Virus record (IMG/VR): IMGVR_UViG_3300029258_001212
Span: 32,001 to 96,000 of that record
Strand: one strand, 5' to 3'
DNA length: 64,000 nt
Source of the DNA: a virus
Shown here: one piece after another, positions 46,616 to 57,700 of the stretch
Layout of the letters: each line of letters begins with the position of its first letter
How positions within the stretch are numbered: position 1 is the stretch's first letter
Translations under genes and position numbers: made by a program
The notes under the pieces: model-generated
What the model was told of the DNA's origin: nothing
The model's input: only the letters and a program-made list of their open reading frames with translations
Databases searched by the model: none

Positions 46616-49321
46616 ATGAGCGACGGACTCCCCAGAGCGGCACAATTCAGCCAGACGGAACCCATCGCCAACTTGGCGGGCGATCTGTCCGGGGACAACA
46701 CGGCGGCCGTGGTGGCAAAGCTCCGCGGCTATGCCATTGGCACCGGTGCGCCGAGCTCGGACGGCGATGTGCTCCAGTGGAACAGCTCGGCCAGCGAGTA
46801 CCAGCCTGGGCAGCTCGACCCAGCGGTAGGCGGAGACCTAAGCGGCACCATTGCGTCTGCAACGGTGGTGGCCATTCGCGGCGGCGGTGTGACCACTGAT
46901 GCCCGTGCAGACGGCAACCTCATGGAGTGGGATGACGGTGGCTCCGAGTGGGGCTACGTGAGCCCTGGCGGAGATCTGAGCGGCAAGATTGGCGCGGCCA
47001 CGGTGACTGGGCTACAAGGGCGAGACGTGGCCAACACGGCGCCCACGGACGGCCAGGCGCTAGTCTGGTCCGCGGGCAACTCGAGGTGGCAGCCCGGAGC
47101 CGGCGGCGGTGGGGCCTCGAGCTGGAATGCGCTGTACGCTGCCAGCAAGACGATGACTATCGACGGGGCGGTGCTCCAGTGGGAACAGGACATTGCTACC
47201 GGCTCTGGCTTCCGGGTGTTCCGAGACCAGGCCACCAGCGATGCTCCGCTCATGGTGGTGGAAGCTGTCAATGCGGCAGACGCGCAAGCGGCACTGAAGG
47301 TATCCGGCTTGCTCGCCCTGAATGCTGTTGGCAAGGTCACCCAGAGCATGACGGACAGCGGTACGGCTACGTTCGATGCCTACAAACTGTCCTACCAGCC
47401 AGGGGCTCTGGCGGCGGCCACCTGGGCCTACGGCATGGCAGTGGAGGCAGATGGATCGAATCTCACCGAGGCGGACTCTGCCGTGTTCGGGTACAGGGCC
47501 ACGGCTACTTCGCTCGGGTCTGGTGTTGGCGTGGGCTACTACGCGGACGACACGTGGACCCTGGGCATGTATCTCAAGTCCGCACTGAACATCGAATCGT
47601 CTGCGAGCAATCCCGCATTCCAGGCGAGTCACACCGGTGACGTGAAAGCCGGCGTGTTTTCGTCTGGCGGTCTGGCAACGGGAACACAGCCCGTTCTTTC
47701 TGTTTCCGGACAGAACACCGTGGCAACCCATACCGGCAAGACATTCGAGATCCTCACAGTGTCTGCCGAGGGCCAAGCCAACGGTGGCGCCAACGATGAC
47801 TATGACTTCATCGGTGTCAACTTCGGGTACACCGAAGCTGGTTCGGTCACGGCTCTCACGAAGGCGATGTACGTGCAGAATTCGTGGGACTGGTCTCTGT
47901 GGGCCTACGCGCCGTCATTCTGGTCGCTGACTGGAACGACGCCTTTTGCCGAGTACGCAGGGAATCCGCAAGCTGGGTCCGGGGGGAACATCAGCACAGA
48001 TAACGGCGCCACGGCGGACATGCTTCGCGTGGTGGTGGGTGGTAGCACCAGGTGGATTCCGGCATACAGCGCCACGGCGCTCGCTGGCTCCATCTCGAGC
48101 TGGGATGGGATGTACGCCGCAGACCCGAACAGCAATGTGCTCACGGTGTCTGGGGCAAGTGACCCATTCGAGATTAACCAGACTTCCAACAGTGGCAACG
48201 CATTCTACGTTCACAGAAGCAAGGCGAGTGGAAGCGAGACGGCTCCGATTGCCTGGTTCAAGCAACTCAACAACGGGACCCACACCGAGTACGTGGTGAA
48301 GGTCGAGGCGGATGACGGGTTCAATGAGATCCCGCTTTTCCAGTGCAAGGGCCAGTACGGCAACGGCTACCTCCAGGTGAGCACGCATGGCAAGGTGGAG
48401 ATCCAGCAAGCCAGCGGGCGCTACTTGGACCTGACTGGTTACAGCCGACTTCGTTGCGCCCAGATCGATTACAACAGCGCGGCCGGGCATTCGGTCAAGA
48501 TCCAAGGCAACGGCCAGGCGCTCGAGGTGGGCGCCGACACGGCGGCTTCCACGAAGATCACCGGTACGCTCCTGGACGTGAACGTGCGAACCGACATTAC
48601 CGCGTCCACCAGCGGTGGAACCCCGGCACTGTACGTGCGCCAGGACAGCACCGGCGACATTTTGCAGCTTATGGACGGCACCACCGAGCGGTGGGCGTGC
48701 GCGCCTGATGGCGCGGTGGACATGAGCGCGAATTCAGCTAACCCCGGCCTGACCGCTGACCAGGAGGGGGCTGGTGACATTTTCGACGCGCGCCTGAGCG
48801 GCACGTCCAAGTTCGCCGTCAAGAACAACGGGCGCATCACGCAACAGGTCACAGGGATCACCACCACCACCGAGGTGCTCCGGACCGAAGGCCAGTCCGG
48901 CAACCTGGGCAGCGGGCAGGGCCTGGTCGGACACAAGGTGTCGTTGGCCGGGGCCACGGACGATGCGACTTCTCAGATCTACGGTGTGTTCGTGGAGCTC
49001 ACCGGTGGAAGTGCAGCCACCACCAAGCGCGGGTTCTACGCGGACTCGAGCTGGGAGTACGGCCTTTACACCCTGAGCCCCGGCTATGTGAAGCAGAGTA
49101 GCGCCACTGGCGCCGTGGTGGCCCTCACCGTGGACCAGGCGGACAACGATGTATCCTTCATGGACTTCATCGGCTCCACGGCTGCGGACAAGACAAACAA
49201 CATCTCGAGTGGCGTAGGAACCCCGGACGGCAACGCGCCGGCCAGTGGGACCTGGACGCTGTGGCGGATGCTCAAGATCGACTTGGGCGGCACGGCCGGA
49301 TGGCTGGCCGTGTGGCAGTAG
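46616..49321 (+). CDS. tail fibre protein
   Basis: Repeated GGDLSG...V..LxG and DGQxLxW fibre motifs; long beta-rich body. Confidence 0.8.
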   Translation: MSDGLPRAAQFSQTEPIANLAGDLSGDNTAAVVAKLRGYAIGTGAPSSDGDVLQWNSSASEYQPGQLDPAVGGDLSGTIASATVVAIRGGGVTTDARADGNLMEWDDGGSEWGYVSPGGDLSGKIGAATVTGLQGRDVANTAPTDGQALVWSAGNSRWQPGAGGGGASSWNALYAASKTMTIDGAVLQWEQDIATGSGFRVFRDQATSDAPLMVVEAVNAADAQAALKVSGLLALNAVGKVTQSMTDSGTATFDAYKLSYQPGALAAATWAYGMAVEADGSNLTEADSAVFGYRATATSLGSGVGVGYYADDTWTLGMYLKSALNIESSASNPAFQASHTGDVKAGVFSSGGLATGTQPVLSVSGQNTVATHTGKTFEILTVSAEGQANGGANDDYDFIGVNFGYTEAGSVTALTKAMYVQNSWDWSLWAYAPSFWSLTGTTPFAEYAGNPQAGSGGNISTDNGATADMLRVVVGGSTRWIPAYSATALAGSISSWDGMYAADPNSNVLTVSGASDPFEINQTSNSGNAFYVHRSKASGSETAPIAWFKQLNNGTHTEYVVKVEADDGFNEIPLFQCKGQYGNGYLQVSTHGKVEIQQASGRYLDLTGYSRLRCAQIDYNSAAGHSVKIQGNGQALEVGADTAASTKITGTLLDVNVRTDITASTSGGTPALYVRQDSTGDILQLMDGTTERWACAPDGAVDMSANSANPGLTADQEGAGDIFDARLSGTSKFAVKNNGRITQQVTGITTTTEVLRTEGQSGNLGSGQGLVGHKVSLAGATDDATSQIYGVFVELTGGSAATTKRGFYADSSWEYGLYTLSPGYVKQSSATGAVVALTVDQADNDVSFMDFIGSTAADKTNNISSGVGTPDGNAPASGTWTLWRMLKIDLGGTAGWLAVWQ

Positions 49322-49348
49322 GCCAACGATTGAACAAGGAGGATTGGA

Positions 49349-49843
49349 ATGGCCCGGGACAGCAAGAAGACTAGAGCGAAGCGGACGGCGAAGCGCGCCG
49401 GGAAAGCGAAGTCCAAGGACGACTTGAAGCGAGAGGCGGTGCTCGCCCAGGTGCGGGAGCGCAAGTACCGCGTGAGCGAGGTGGAGCTCCTCAAGCTCCA
49501 GAAGCTCAAGTACCAAGGTGAGGCCATCGGCACGAAGCTCCAGGCGGCCCAGGAGAAGCTGGCCGAGCTCCAGGTCAAGGCCCAGACGGCCAGCGCCCGG
49601 TTCCAGGCAGAGGTGAGCCGTGTGTTCAAGGCCCACGGCTTCGAGGAGTGGTTCAGTATCGATCTGTCGGACGAGGAGAGCGCCGGACTGGTCACCGAGA
49701 ACATGCAGCTCAAGAAGCAGCTCGAGGCGGCCCAGGACGCGGCAAGCAAGGAGAGCGAGCCCGAGGGAGACAAGGACACCAAGGCGCCCGAGGAACCCCA
49801 GGAGGAACCGGCTCCGGCTGCGGAGGAGGCATCGGGCGATTGA
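49349..49843 (+). CDS. coiled-coil protein (possible fibre chaperone)
   Basis: SD AAGGAGG; heptad pattern; similar architecture to 61049-61615. Confidence 0.65.
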   Translation: MARDSKKTRAKRTAKRAGKAKSKDDLKREAVLAQVRERKYRVSEVELLKLQKLKYQGEAIGTKLQAAQEKLAELQVKAQTASARFQAEVSRVFKAHGFEEWFSIDLSDEESAGLVTENMQLKKQLEAAQDAASKESEPEGDKDTKAPEEPQEEPAPAAEEASGD

Positions 49844-49845
49844 GG

Positions 49846-49913
49846 ACCCTCAAGACTCTTATCTCCATAAGGGGGAGATAAGGTTAATTAAGCAGAAGCA
49901 AAGGACGTGCCAA
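49846..49913 (-). promoter_or_regulatory. dispersed repeat copy 5 (sigma54 box, reverse orientation)
   Basis: Reverse complement TTGGCACGTCCTTTGCTTCTGCTTAATTAACCTTATCTCC-N7-GGAGATAAGAGTCTTGAGGGT. Confidence 0.8.
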
Positions 49914-49917
49914 CATC

Positions 49918-50910
49918 ATGGCTCGGTATGGATTCGGAAATCGTGCGTTCGGGACGACCCCCTTCGGGGAGAGCGACTGGTGCAAGATCGTCCTGTACGA
50001 TGAGCTCCCGGGTGATGTGCGTCAGCAGGATGTGGATGCCGGGGGCCCGTACCTGAAGTTCGTGGAGGCAATGTGCCCCAGCTTCACCTGGCTCAAGCGG
50101 CACCTGGACCGGTTCAAGTACATCACCAATCCGAGGGAGATCCGTGAGGATCTCCTCCTGTACCTCGGGGAGAATTTCGGGATCACCGTGGACTTGGCCG
50201 AACCCCTCGGTTACCAGCGGATGCGAGTGGGCCTCGCTGCCAGGTGGAACATCATCAAAGGCACCCTCGAGTCCTACGTGGTGCTGTGCAGGGTTCACGG
50301 CTTCGAGGTGGACGTTCATCCGCTCTGGTGGGATGGGATCAAGTACCTTACGACGCCTCCGGTGGTGGGCGGGGAAAGTCCGACCTACCAGCGCACGGTG
50401 TCCGTCGATACCCAGTACAAGATCTGGCTCCAGTGCGCGCCAGCGGAGCCGAGTTCGGTGGTGATCACCATCGCTGGCAACACGATCACCGATGACGGTG
50501 ACGGCAAGCTCCTGGTGGGAGTCACCGAGGTGGGCACGATTGACTACGGCTGGGGCTACGCGGACCTGACGCTGACTGGGGTGGTCACCGGAGCCCCGAA
50601 GGCCACCTATCAGAGCGTGGTGGGCGGGTGCGTGGAGACGTGCCGGAAGTGCAAGACGCACAGGATCAGACTCGACATTACCACCGGGACCATCGGTGGC
50701 CAGAGCGAGCTCACCATTGCGGATGCCTTCAAGCGCATGTGGCGGAAGATCGGGCTGGACACTGGCGATGGCGTGGTGCCGATCCATGTGGAGCTCGAGT
50801 ACATCGTGGCGGAGGACACGGCCGTGGCCAGCATCGGGCATCGCTATGACATTCTGGCGGACAGCGAGGTGTCCGCTGATTCCGGTTTCCGGGCAGAGGT
50901 GGTTTCCTGA
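49918..50910 (+). CDS. baseplate protein (P2 gpI / gp7-like)
   Basis: NPREIREDLLLYLGENFGI...IKGTLESY. Confidence 0.7.
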   Translation: MARYGFGNRAFGTTPFGESDWCKIVLYDELPGDVRQQDVDAGGPYLKFVEAMCPSFTWLKRHLDRFKYITNPREIREDLLLYLGENFGITVDLAEPLGYQRMRVGLAARWNIIKGTLESYVVLCRVHGFEVDVHPLWWDGIKYLTTPPVVGGESPTYQRTVSVDTQYKIWLQCAPAEPSSVVITIAGNTITDDGDGKLLVGVTEVGTIDYGWGYADLTLTGVVTGAPKATYQSVVGGCVETCRKCKTHRIRLDITTGTIGGQSELTIADAFKRMWRKIGLDTGDGVVPIHVELEYIVAEDTAVASIGHRYDILADSEVSADSGFRAEVVS

Positions 50911-51872
50911 TGGATCTGACTGCGGTGAGCTGCAACGGCGGAGACGACGAATTCGTCCAGTACATCTTCCGGTTGCTTTCGGATGCGGACATTGCCTACT
51001 TCAAGCTGGGCGAGGGTGGCTTCGATCTGTCCGCGGTCCGCACCGAGATCGCCGGGTACGGCTCTGGGGCTACCACCTACAGCGGCACCCTCGAGCGGCT
51101 CCCTGTGGGTCGCAATGCCGTCACCATCACTGCGGATCCGCTTGGTTCCGCACAGGTGGTCACAGACGATGGTGCGGGGAACCTGTCCGGCGCTGGCGGA
51201 AGCGGGACGATCAATTACAAGACGGGCGAGTGGGAGGTGACGTTCAACGTCGCGGTGAGCGCTGGGGACCCTATCCAGGCGGACTACCAGTACCACGGCA
51301 CCTTGAGCTCCGAGCAGTCCAGCGACTTCGGGCTGGGCGACGGCACCAAAGGACCCTACTACCATGACCTGGAGAACCTCCCCGTGGCGGAGGGCACGCT
51401 CACAGTGAACGAGGAGGGGGGCCTGAGCCTCACTGATGACGGCAACGGCAACCTGGTGGGAGATGGCAGCGGCACGGTCAACTATGAGACTGGTGAAGTG
51501 TTCGCCTTGTTCTCTGGGGTGGTGGCGCTCCACAGCCGAATCACGGCCACCTACAAGTACGATGGAGCCCCGAAGGCACCAGACCCGACCCTCACGGATC
51601 TGGAATCCGAGGGAGACCCGAACCTCTACACGTTCCAGCGCGATTTCGAGGAAGGCGAAATCACGTTCGTGGAGACCACACGGGGGCGGATCCGCTGCAC
51701 CATCTACCTGGACCTGTGGGAAGGGATCGATGATGGGAACGGCTACACGCCGTACCTGTTTGAAGGAGGACTATTCAGCTCCAACGATGAGATGGCCGTC
51801 TACTTCACCTACGCGAAGATCAGGAAGACCGGCTCCACGCGCATCGACTTCGATGTGGACACGGTGCTGTAG
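50910..51872 (+). CDS. tail fibre attachment (collar-like) protein, paralog A
   Basis: YFKLGEGG...FEGGLFSS...YFTYAKIRK; two DDG modules. Confidence 0.7.
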   Translation: MDLTAVSCNGGDDEFVQYIFRLLSDADIAYFKLGEGGFDLSAVRTEIAGYGSGATTYSGTLERLPVGRNAVTITADPLGSAQVVTDDGAGNLSGAGGSGTINYKTGEWEVTFNVAVSAGDPIQADYQYHGTLSSEQSSDFGLGDGTKGPYYHDLENLPVAEGTLTVNEEGGLSLTDDGNGNLVGDGSGTVNYETGEVFALFSGVVALHSRITATYKYDGAPKAPDPTLTDLESEGDPNLYTFQRDFEEGEITFVETTRGRIRCTIYLDLWEGIDDGNGYTPYLFEGGLFSSNDEMAVYFTYAKIRKTGSTRIDFDVDTVL

Positions 51873-51881
51873 GGGTTCGCC

Positions 51882-52826
51882 ATGGATAAAACTTGGACCA
51901 TGTACCGGAATCAGCTTTTTACTCCCAACTTCTGGTTCTACGATTGGATGGCGTTCCTGATCCCGATCTTGGAGTCCAACGGCTGGACGCTGATCGGCTG
52001 GGGCGAGGGCGGGTTCAGTGGTGGGGGCGCCTACTACTGGGATCGCAGCGGGGTCACAACGCCGTTCTCTACCAGCCAGACGAATTGCTGGGCATGTCTC
52101 CAGGCGCCGGACAACGGTGACGGCAAGACGCGCCCTGAGATCGTGTGGCAGGAGCCGTGGTCCACCAACGATCTGCGGATGTGGGTGCGGCACGAAGGCG
52201 GCTATACCAATGCTGGGATCGATTCGCACATCCGTCCTACGGCCGGGGACGGCGGCGAGATGGGGCGCACGTCCACCGATCTGGAATCCAACTCCGGAAC
52301 CGCTGCGAGTAGGTGGACGTTCTGCGTGGCAAGCGACGGGTCCTACATCGCCTACAGCTCCACCAGGAACAACGCATCCGCCATGTCTGCCTTCGTGCGT
52401 TGCATGGACGTGGAGGAGCTCGACCTGTATCCCTACGCTTGCTTCCACCGGAGTTCCTACAACTACCAGATGATCGATATTTGGCAGTTTTCCTACCAGA
52501 ACGGCAACGCGAGCATCATGGCGTACCACCCGACAGCGGGGGACATTTGGGGCAACAACGGGGCCAGTGCGGACGGGTACGGGATCGCCAAGCTCTACTG
52601 CGGAGGTGGCGATATTCGGCCTGGCATAGATCCAGTGACCGGTGAGCCGACGATGTACGGAATGCACGTCATGAGCTGGGGATCTTATGGTCACGTGAAA
52701 GGGCGCCTTCCGGATATGTTCTACTCTGGGATGGCCAACAACGACCGGGTGAACAGCGGCGAGTATATCCAGTGCGGCCACCTGATGCTGCCATGGGGTT
52801 CTGATTCGGAGGTTGTGGTCCCATGA
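51882..52826 (+). CDS. virion structural protein, paralog B
   Basis: Shares W.YRN, NGWT, DPVTG and KG.LPD motifs with the next gene. Confidence 0.65.
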   Translation: MDKTWTMYRNQLFTPNFWFYDWMAFLIPILESNGWTLIGWGEGGFSGGGAYYWDRSGVTTPFSTSQTNCWACLQAPDNGDGKTRPEIVWQEPWSTNDLRMWVRHEGGYTNAGIDSHIRPTAGDGGEMGRTSTDLESNSGTAASRWTFCVASDGSYIAYSSTRNNASAMSAFVRCMDVEELDLYPYACFHRSSYNYQMIDIWQFSYQNGNASIMAYHPTAGDIWGNNGASADGYGIAKLYCGGGDIRPGIDPVTGEPTMYGMHVMSWGSYGHVKGRLPDMFYSGMANNDRVNSGEYIQCGHLMLPWGSDSEVVVP

Positions 52827-53737
52827 CCGTTTGGAACATCTACCGGAACGACATTCCGTACACCGGCGGCAGCTACGATCCACGCGGGCGAAACGCCTGG
52901 TATCAGATCAAGGAGCGCCTGGTAGAAAACGGGTGGACTATTCTCGGCACCGGGAATGGCAGCTCGAGCTTCGATGTGTCCGGAGGAGATCTCTGGACTT
53001 CGGCTGGCGCCATGTCCGGAGGGTGCTGGCTTTGGATCAAGAACATCGAAGATGTGGAGTGCGTGCTCTGGTATCAGGACATTTACAACTGGTGGCTGTG
53101 GGCCAGCTTTGACGGATTCAACACCACTGGTGTGAGCGCCTCTAGCCCGCCCGGCAATTCGAGTCCACCGGCAGACCTGTGCAACCCCGGTGCAGACGGA
53201 AACAATGATCTCGCGCCTTACGTGGATTGCTACGCTACCCTCCTGGTGAACGAGACTTCGTTCCTGACGTTTGGGCGCACGGGCAACAACTATCGCGGTG
53301 TGCCGTCCATGTGCTTCGTGAAGCTGGACGTGCGAGACCAGACGGATCCATATCCGTATTGGTTTCGCGTGTGGGGGTACAACAGCTACAGCTCGAGCAA
53401 CAAGGCTTGGCTGTCAGTGCGGATGGAGGACACGCGAGGTAACAACAGGGGGCGACACCCTGGCGGGAACGTGTACCAATACAGTGCGGCAAAGTACCAA
53501 ACCCCGCGGAGCGCCATGATGGACACGATGCCAGATGATCCGGTTACCGGTGACCCTGTGCTCCACAACGTGTGGATCTGTTGTTTCGACAATCAGCACG
53601 TGCGCGGGAAGATCCCAGACGTGTATCGCGTGAGCGAGCTCAAGGCAGACGGGACGCATCTGCACGATGATGCGTTTGTAGTGTGCTCGGACTACTGTTT
53701 TCCGTGGGAGTCCACGGACACCCTGTGGGGGACATAG
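52823..53737 (+). CDS. virion structural protein, paralog B'
   Basis: WNIYRN, ENGWT, DPVTGDP, VRGKIPD. Confidence 0.65.
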   Translation: MTVWNIYRNDIPYTGGSYDPRGRNAWYQIKERLVENGWTILGTGNGSSSFDVSGGDLWTSAGAMSGGCWLWIKNIEDVECVLWYQDIYNWWLWASFDGFNTTGVSASSPPGNSSPPADLCNPGADGNNDLAPYVDCYATLLVNETSFLTFGRTGNNYRGVPSMCFVKLDVRDQTDPYPYWFRVWGYNSYSSSNKAWLSVRMEDTRGNNRGRHPGGNVYQYSAAKYQTPRSAMMDTMPDDPVTGDPVLHNVWICCFDNQHVRGKIPDVYRVSELKADGTHLHDDAFVVCSDYCFPWESTDTLWGT

Positions 53738-53740
53738 GAT

Positions 53741-54775
53741 ATGGCCGATTACACTGCTACGCCGTTCGCCCCAGGGTTCTACGATCCGTTCATCCCCCCG
53801 GACCCGATTCCGGACCCGACCGTGATCAATGTGGTGGTCTGCGATGTGGGCCGGGACGAGCTAATCAAGCTCCGCGGTGGCCTCGGTGGATCCCAAGTGG
53901 GCTACTTCAAGTTTGGCTGTGGTGGCTGGGCTCCAGGCGCAGAGCTCGCTGAGCAAGCTGGCATCAGCACGGGGAGCGCCACGGTGCTCGGCCAGACCAC
54001 CAAGTACGTTGTGGCCCCTGGAACAGTGTCCGTGACGGTGGACGGCCAGACCGTAACTGATGATGGAGCTGGGAACCTGGTGGGGACCGGCGCCAGTGGC
54101 ACGATCAACTACCTGAGCGGTGCCTTCACCATCACGTTCACTACGCCCCCGGCGGGGGCCCAGCCGGTGATGGCCACCTACCGGACCGGGGGCACCGAAT
54201 CGGACTACCTGATGCAAGACGGTGCCATCGGCAACGGGGGCACCGGGCCGTACACTGGGACCCTGATCGGTGTGCCCGTGGTGCCCGGCTCCGCGGTGTT
54301 CTGGGATTGCTTCTCCCAGTACCTGATGGACAATGGCTCTGGCGTCCTGGTGGACCCGTCTGGCGGTGGGGGCTCCGGCACCATCGACTACGAGACCGGC
54401 GACTTCTCGGTGACGTTTGGATCCATCGTGGAGAACCTGTGCCCGATCCGCGTCACCCATCGCTACTGGCGGCGCCCATGGCAGCCGAACGCCGGCCAGA
54501 CAGATCTGGACGCGGTGGACAAGGGGCTGTTCACGATCCGCAAGGACTTGGAGCTCACGGACACGGTGTACCAGGGCGCTGGGACGCGCACCGTGCGTGT
54601 TACATGCGAGCTCGAGGCGGCCGAAGGGAACGATGACGGATCTGGAGCCGCTCCGGTGTACTATGAAGGTGGGATCTACACGTCCGACGACGTGCTGGTG
54701 ATGTACTTCACCTGGCCCGGAATCAAAAAGACCAGCGCGGCGGCCCTGACCCGCGTGATTGACTTGGTGGTGTGA
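53741..54775 (+). CDS. tail fibre attachment (collar-like) protein, paralog A'
   Basis: YFKFGCGG...YEGGIYTS...YFTWPGIKKT; two DDG modules. Confidence 0.7.
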   Translation: MADYTATPFAPGFYDPFIPPDPIPDPTVINVVVCDVGRDELIKLRGGLGGSQVGYFKFGCGGWAPGAELAEQAGISTGSATVLGQTTKYVVAPGTVSVTVDGQTVTDDGAGNLVGTGASGTINYLSGAFTITFTTPPAGAQPVMATYRTGGTESDYLMQDGAIGNGGTGPYTGTLIGVPVVPGSAVFWDCFSQYLMDNGSGVLVDPSGGGGSGTIDYETGDFSVTFGSIVENLCPIRVTHRYWRRPWQPNAGQTDLDAVDKGLFTIRKDLELTDTVYQGAGTRTVRVTCELEAAEGNDDGSGAAPVYYEGGIYTSDDVLVMYFTWPGIKKTSAAALTRVIDLVV

Positions 54776-57700
54776 CCATGGCGTTTCCGCAGTCCCTGAG
54801 CATCGTAGCAGACAACCTCAAGGCCCGATTCGAGGAGCCCTATGTGAGCGCGGCGATCAACCGCATGGGCTCCGGGCTTCCTCGAGGGATCTACCGCGGG
54901 TTCACCGTGGAGCAGATGGACACCCCCGGGGCCGGGGTGAAGATCTCTCCTGCGAGCGGCCGGGACAGCTTCGCGCTGCACGAAGATCTGGCCAACGGAT
55001 ACAAGCTGGCGATCCGATTCGATGCAGCCTTCGATTTCGAGTTTGAATTCGATGCCAGTGCGGCCTCCTTGGACCTGTACCTTTGGCTGGACGCCACCTA
55101 CCAGGTGAGCTCCACGGTCACGGGCTACGTGCGCGTGGGCGAGATCGGGGACCTTGGGGCCAACTCCATCCCGTTCGCCAAGCTCGAGATCCCCCTGGGG
55201 GCCACCACCATCCTGACCAGCTACGTGAGCCAGCTTGACAGCATGGCCAACACGCTCGAGCCCGTGCCGAGCACCACCTACCAGAACCCCTACGGGTTCA
55301 TGAATCAGGATGCGTGGGACCGGCTTCCGGACCAGGACCAGAAAGACGCAATGGACGCGGCGAGCTCCCCGAGCTCGAGCAATCCGTTCGCCACCATCAG
55401 CGCCACCGAAGCCCGGGTGTTCGCCAAGAAGACCACCCAGGTGGTGACCGTGACCCCTCCGGTGGCCAGCTTCCAGCTCCTGGGCACCTGGTACATCGGG
55501 AAGGGCGCGGTCGGTACGGCCAAGAAGTGGTTTGAGCTGTTTCGTGCCAGTGGCGGCGAGGCGCTCGAGGAGGGGCTCCGCGACTACTACACGTGGGAGC
55601 AGATTCAGATCTCCGGGATCTATGACAGCACCAACACATCACAGCTCATCCCGAGCTCGGACGCGGACGCGGATGGATTCTACGAAAACCCATTCATTCG
55701 CATGAGCCCCACCGTTGAGGTGTGGACTGAGGTGGCAGTCAAGGCCGGTGCCAAGTCTACCTTCGGTTCGTTGGACGTGCAGGAGTACACCAAGGGAGTC
55801 CTGGGTGTACGCGAGGGGATGAGCGCCGTCACCAGCGAGTTCATCAGGGAGCACGCTCCAAGCGTGCTGGTGGTGAGCGAAGTGAGCGGACAGCGCACGG
55901 ATTTCTCCGGCTCATCTTCCCTAGCGAGCGCCATTTCGTGGCTCGAGAGCGAGAATATCAATGGCACGATCTACGTGCGTGACCCTGGAAGCATCGCCTC
56001 TACTGGCCAGTGGTTTTCCGGCACCATTGCGATTACCCAGAAGATCAAGATCGTTTTCGAGGAGGGGGCAACGTGTCGGGTCTTCTCTCCGCTATCCACC
56101 CCCATCTTCCAGCTCGCCGGAAGCTACGCGAGCCTGGAGCTGGTGAACGCCAGCGTCACCAGTACCACCAGTGGGTACGTGTTCATCGACTCCAAAACGA
56201 ATGGCGGTGACGTGCGCTTGGTGAATACCCGGATGGGTGAGGCGTGCGAGTTCGGTGATGGCATGGTGGAGTTCCTGGACTGCGTGTTCCTGGACGATGC
56301 CCATGTGGAGTTCGTTGGCTCATACGGCCGCGTGGTGAACACCCGTTTCGCCGGCCAGGTGATTTGTGACGATGTGGGGAGGGCGCTGGTTCAGGGGAGC
56401 GGATACGCGGACCGCCTGATGTTCCAGACGTGCAGCTTCATCCCGAATGCGGTTGCCGGGCTCACGGACGAGTACGCCTTGGTGATTACTGGGAGCACCG
56501 AGAACCATGCCTATGTGGTGTTTCGGGACTGCGAGATCGATCCGGCTGTCACCAACTCCGGGGAAGGGGGAGGCGTCTGGATCGATGAGGATGCAGAGAC
56601 CGGGGACATTTTGTTTGAGGATTGCAGGATTGCCCAAAAAGACAGTGGATCCATCTTCCCGTCGTGCCTCTACGTGGAGACCAACCTGGCGGAGGGGATC
56701 ACCCTGACGCTGGACAAGGTGTCCTTTGTCCACCGTGGGATCAACTACGGTGTGTTCATCGGCCAGCGCGGAAGTGGTGGCGGCTACGGCCGGCTCACGG
56801 TACGAGACTGCAAGCTCAAGTACGATCACCCTGTCAACACCAACATCGGGGTGGCCCTGTTCGCCATTACTGGCGCTGGCCAGAAGATGCTGGTGGACGT
56901 TCACGGCCTCGAGATCGACATGGGCGAGGGCGAGCCCAACTTCGTTGCGGGGAGCGATGCTCTGCGAGGGGTATTTTGCCTGGACTGCACGGCCGGTTCT
57001 CAGGAGCACGTCCTGGAGGACATTGTGTTCAAGAATGTCGGCTACGGCCGTACCTTCGATCACGATGACAACTGCCTGTTGAACGTGAGCGACGTGAGCG
57101 GCGCGGAGGCCAGCGTCAAGATCGTCCGGCCGGCCATCGTTAATTACAGCTCCACGGTGGGGGGCACCGCGTTCGGACTCACAGCCATTCGGCTGCGGAA
57201 CGTGGAACAGCGCGGCCAGGTGGACATTGTGGCGGCGAACCTTCCCGGCCCAGACCCGCAAGTGGCCACCGAGTCCTATAAGGGGGTCTACATCACCAAC
57301 AGTGCCACCTACGGCTCGGTGAACATCATCGGCGGCTCCATCAAAAACTGGCAGACGAATGACGTTCACTGCGATGCGTTCTGCCGCTTGGTGATCGATG
57401 GGATGCACCATGTCAGCGTGGGGTCTGACCGGCACAAGTCTGGCCAACTGAATGCGCGGATCCGGGTGGACGACATTCTGAGCCTGGTGGTGGCCAACTG
57501 CGTTTACGAGGATCAGATGGGGAGCTCGAGTGCAGACCAGCGGGTGTGGCTCGGGATCGATTACCTGAGCGACTATCCCAACGGCGGCCCCTACGGGGTG
57601 AGCGTGACTGGGAATTCGGTGGCCATGGTTGGAACATCGCCCAACTTCGGCCGGGCGCTCTGGGTCAACACAATGGTGGTGAGCTTCCCGGATGCTTGTG

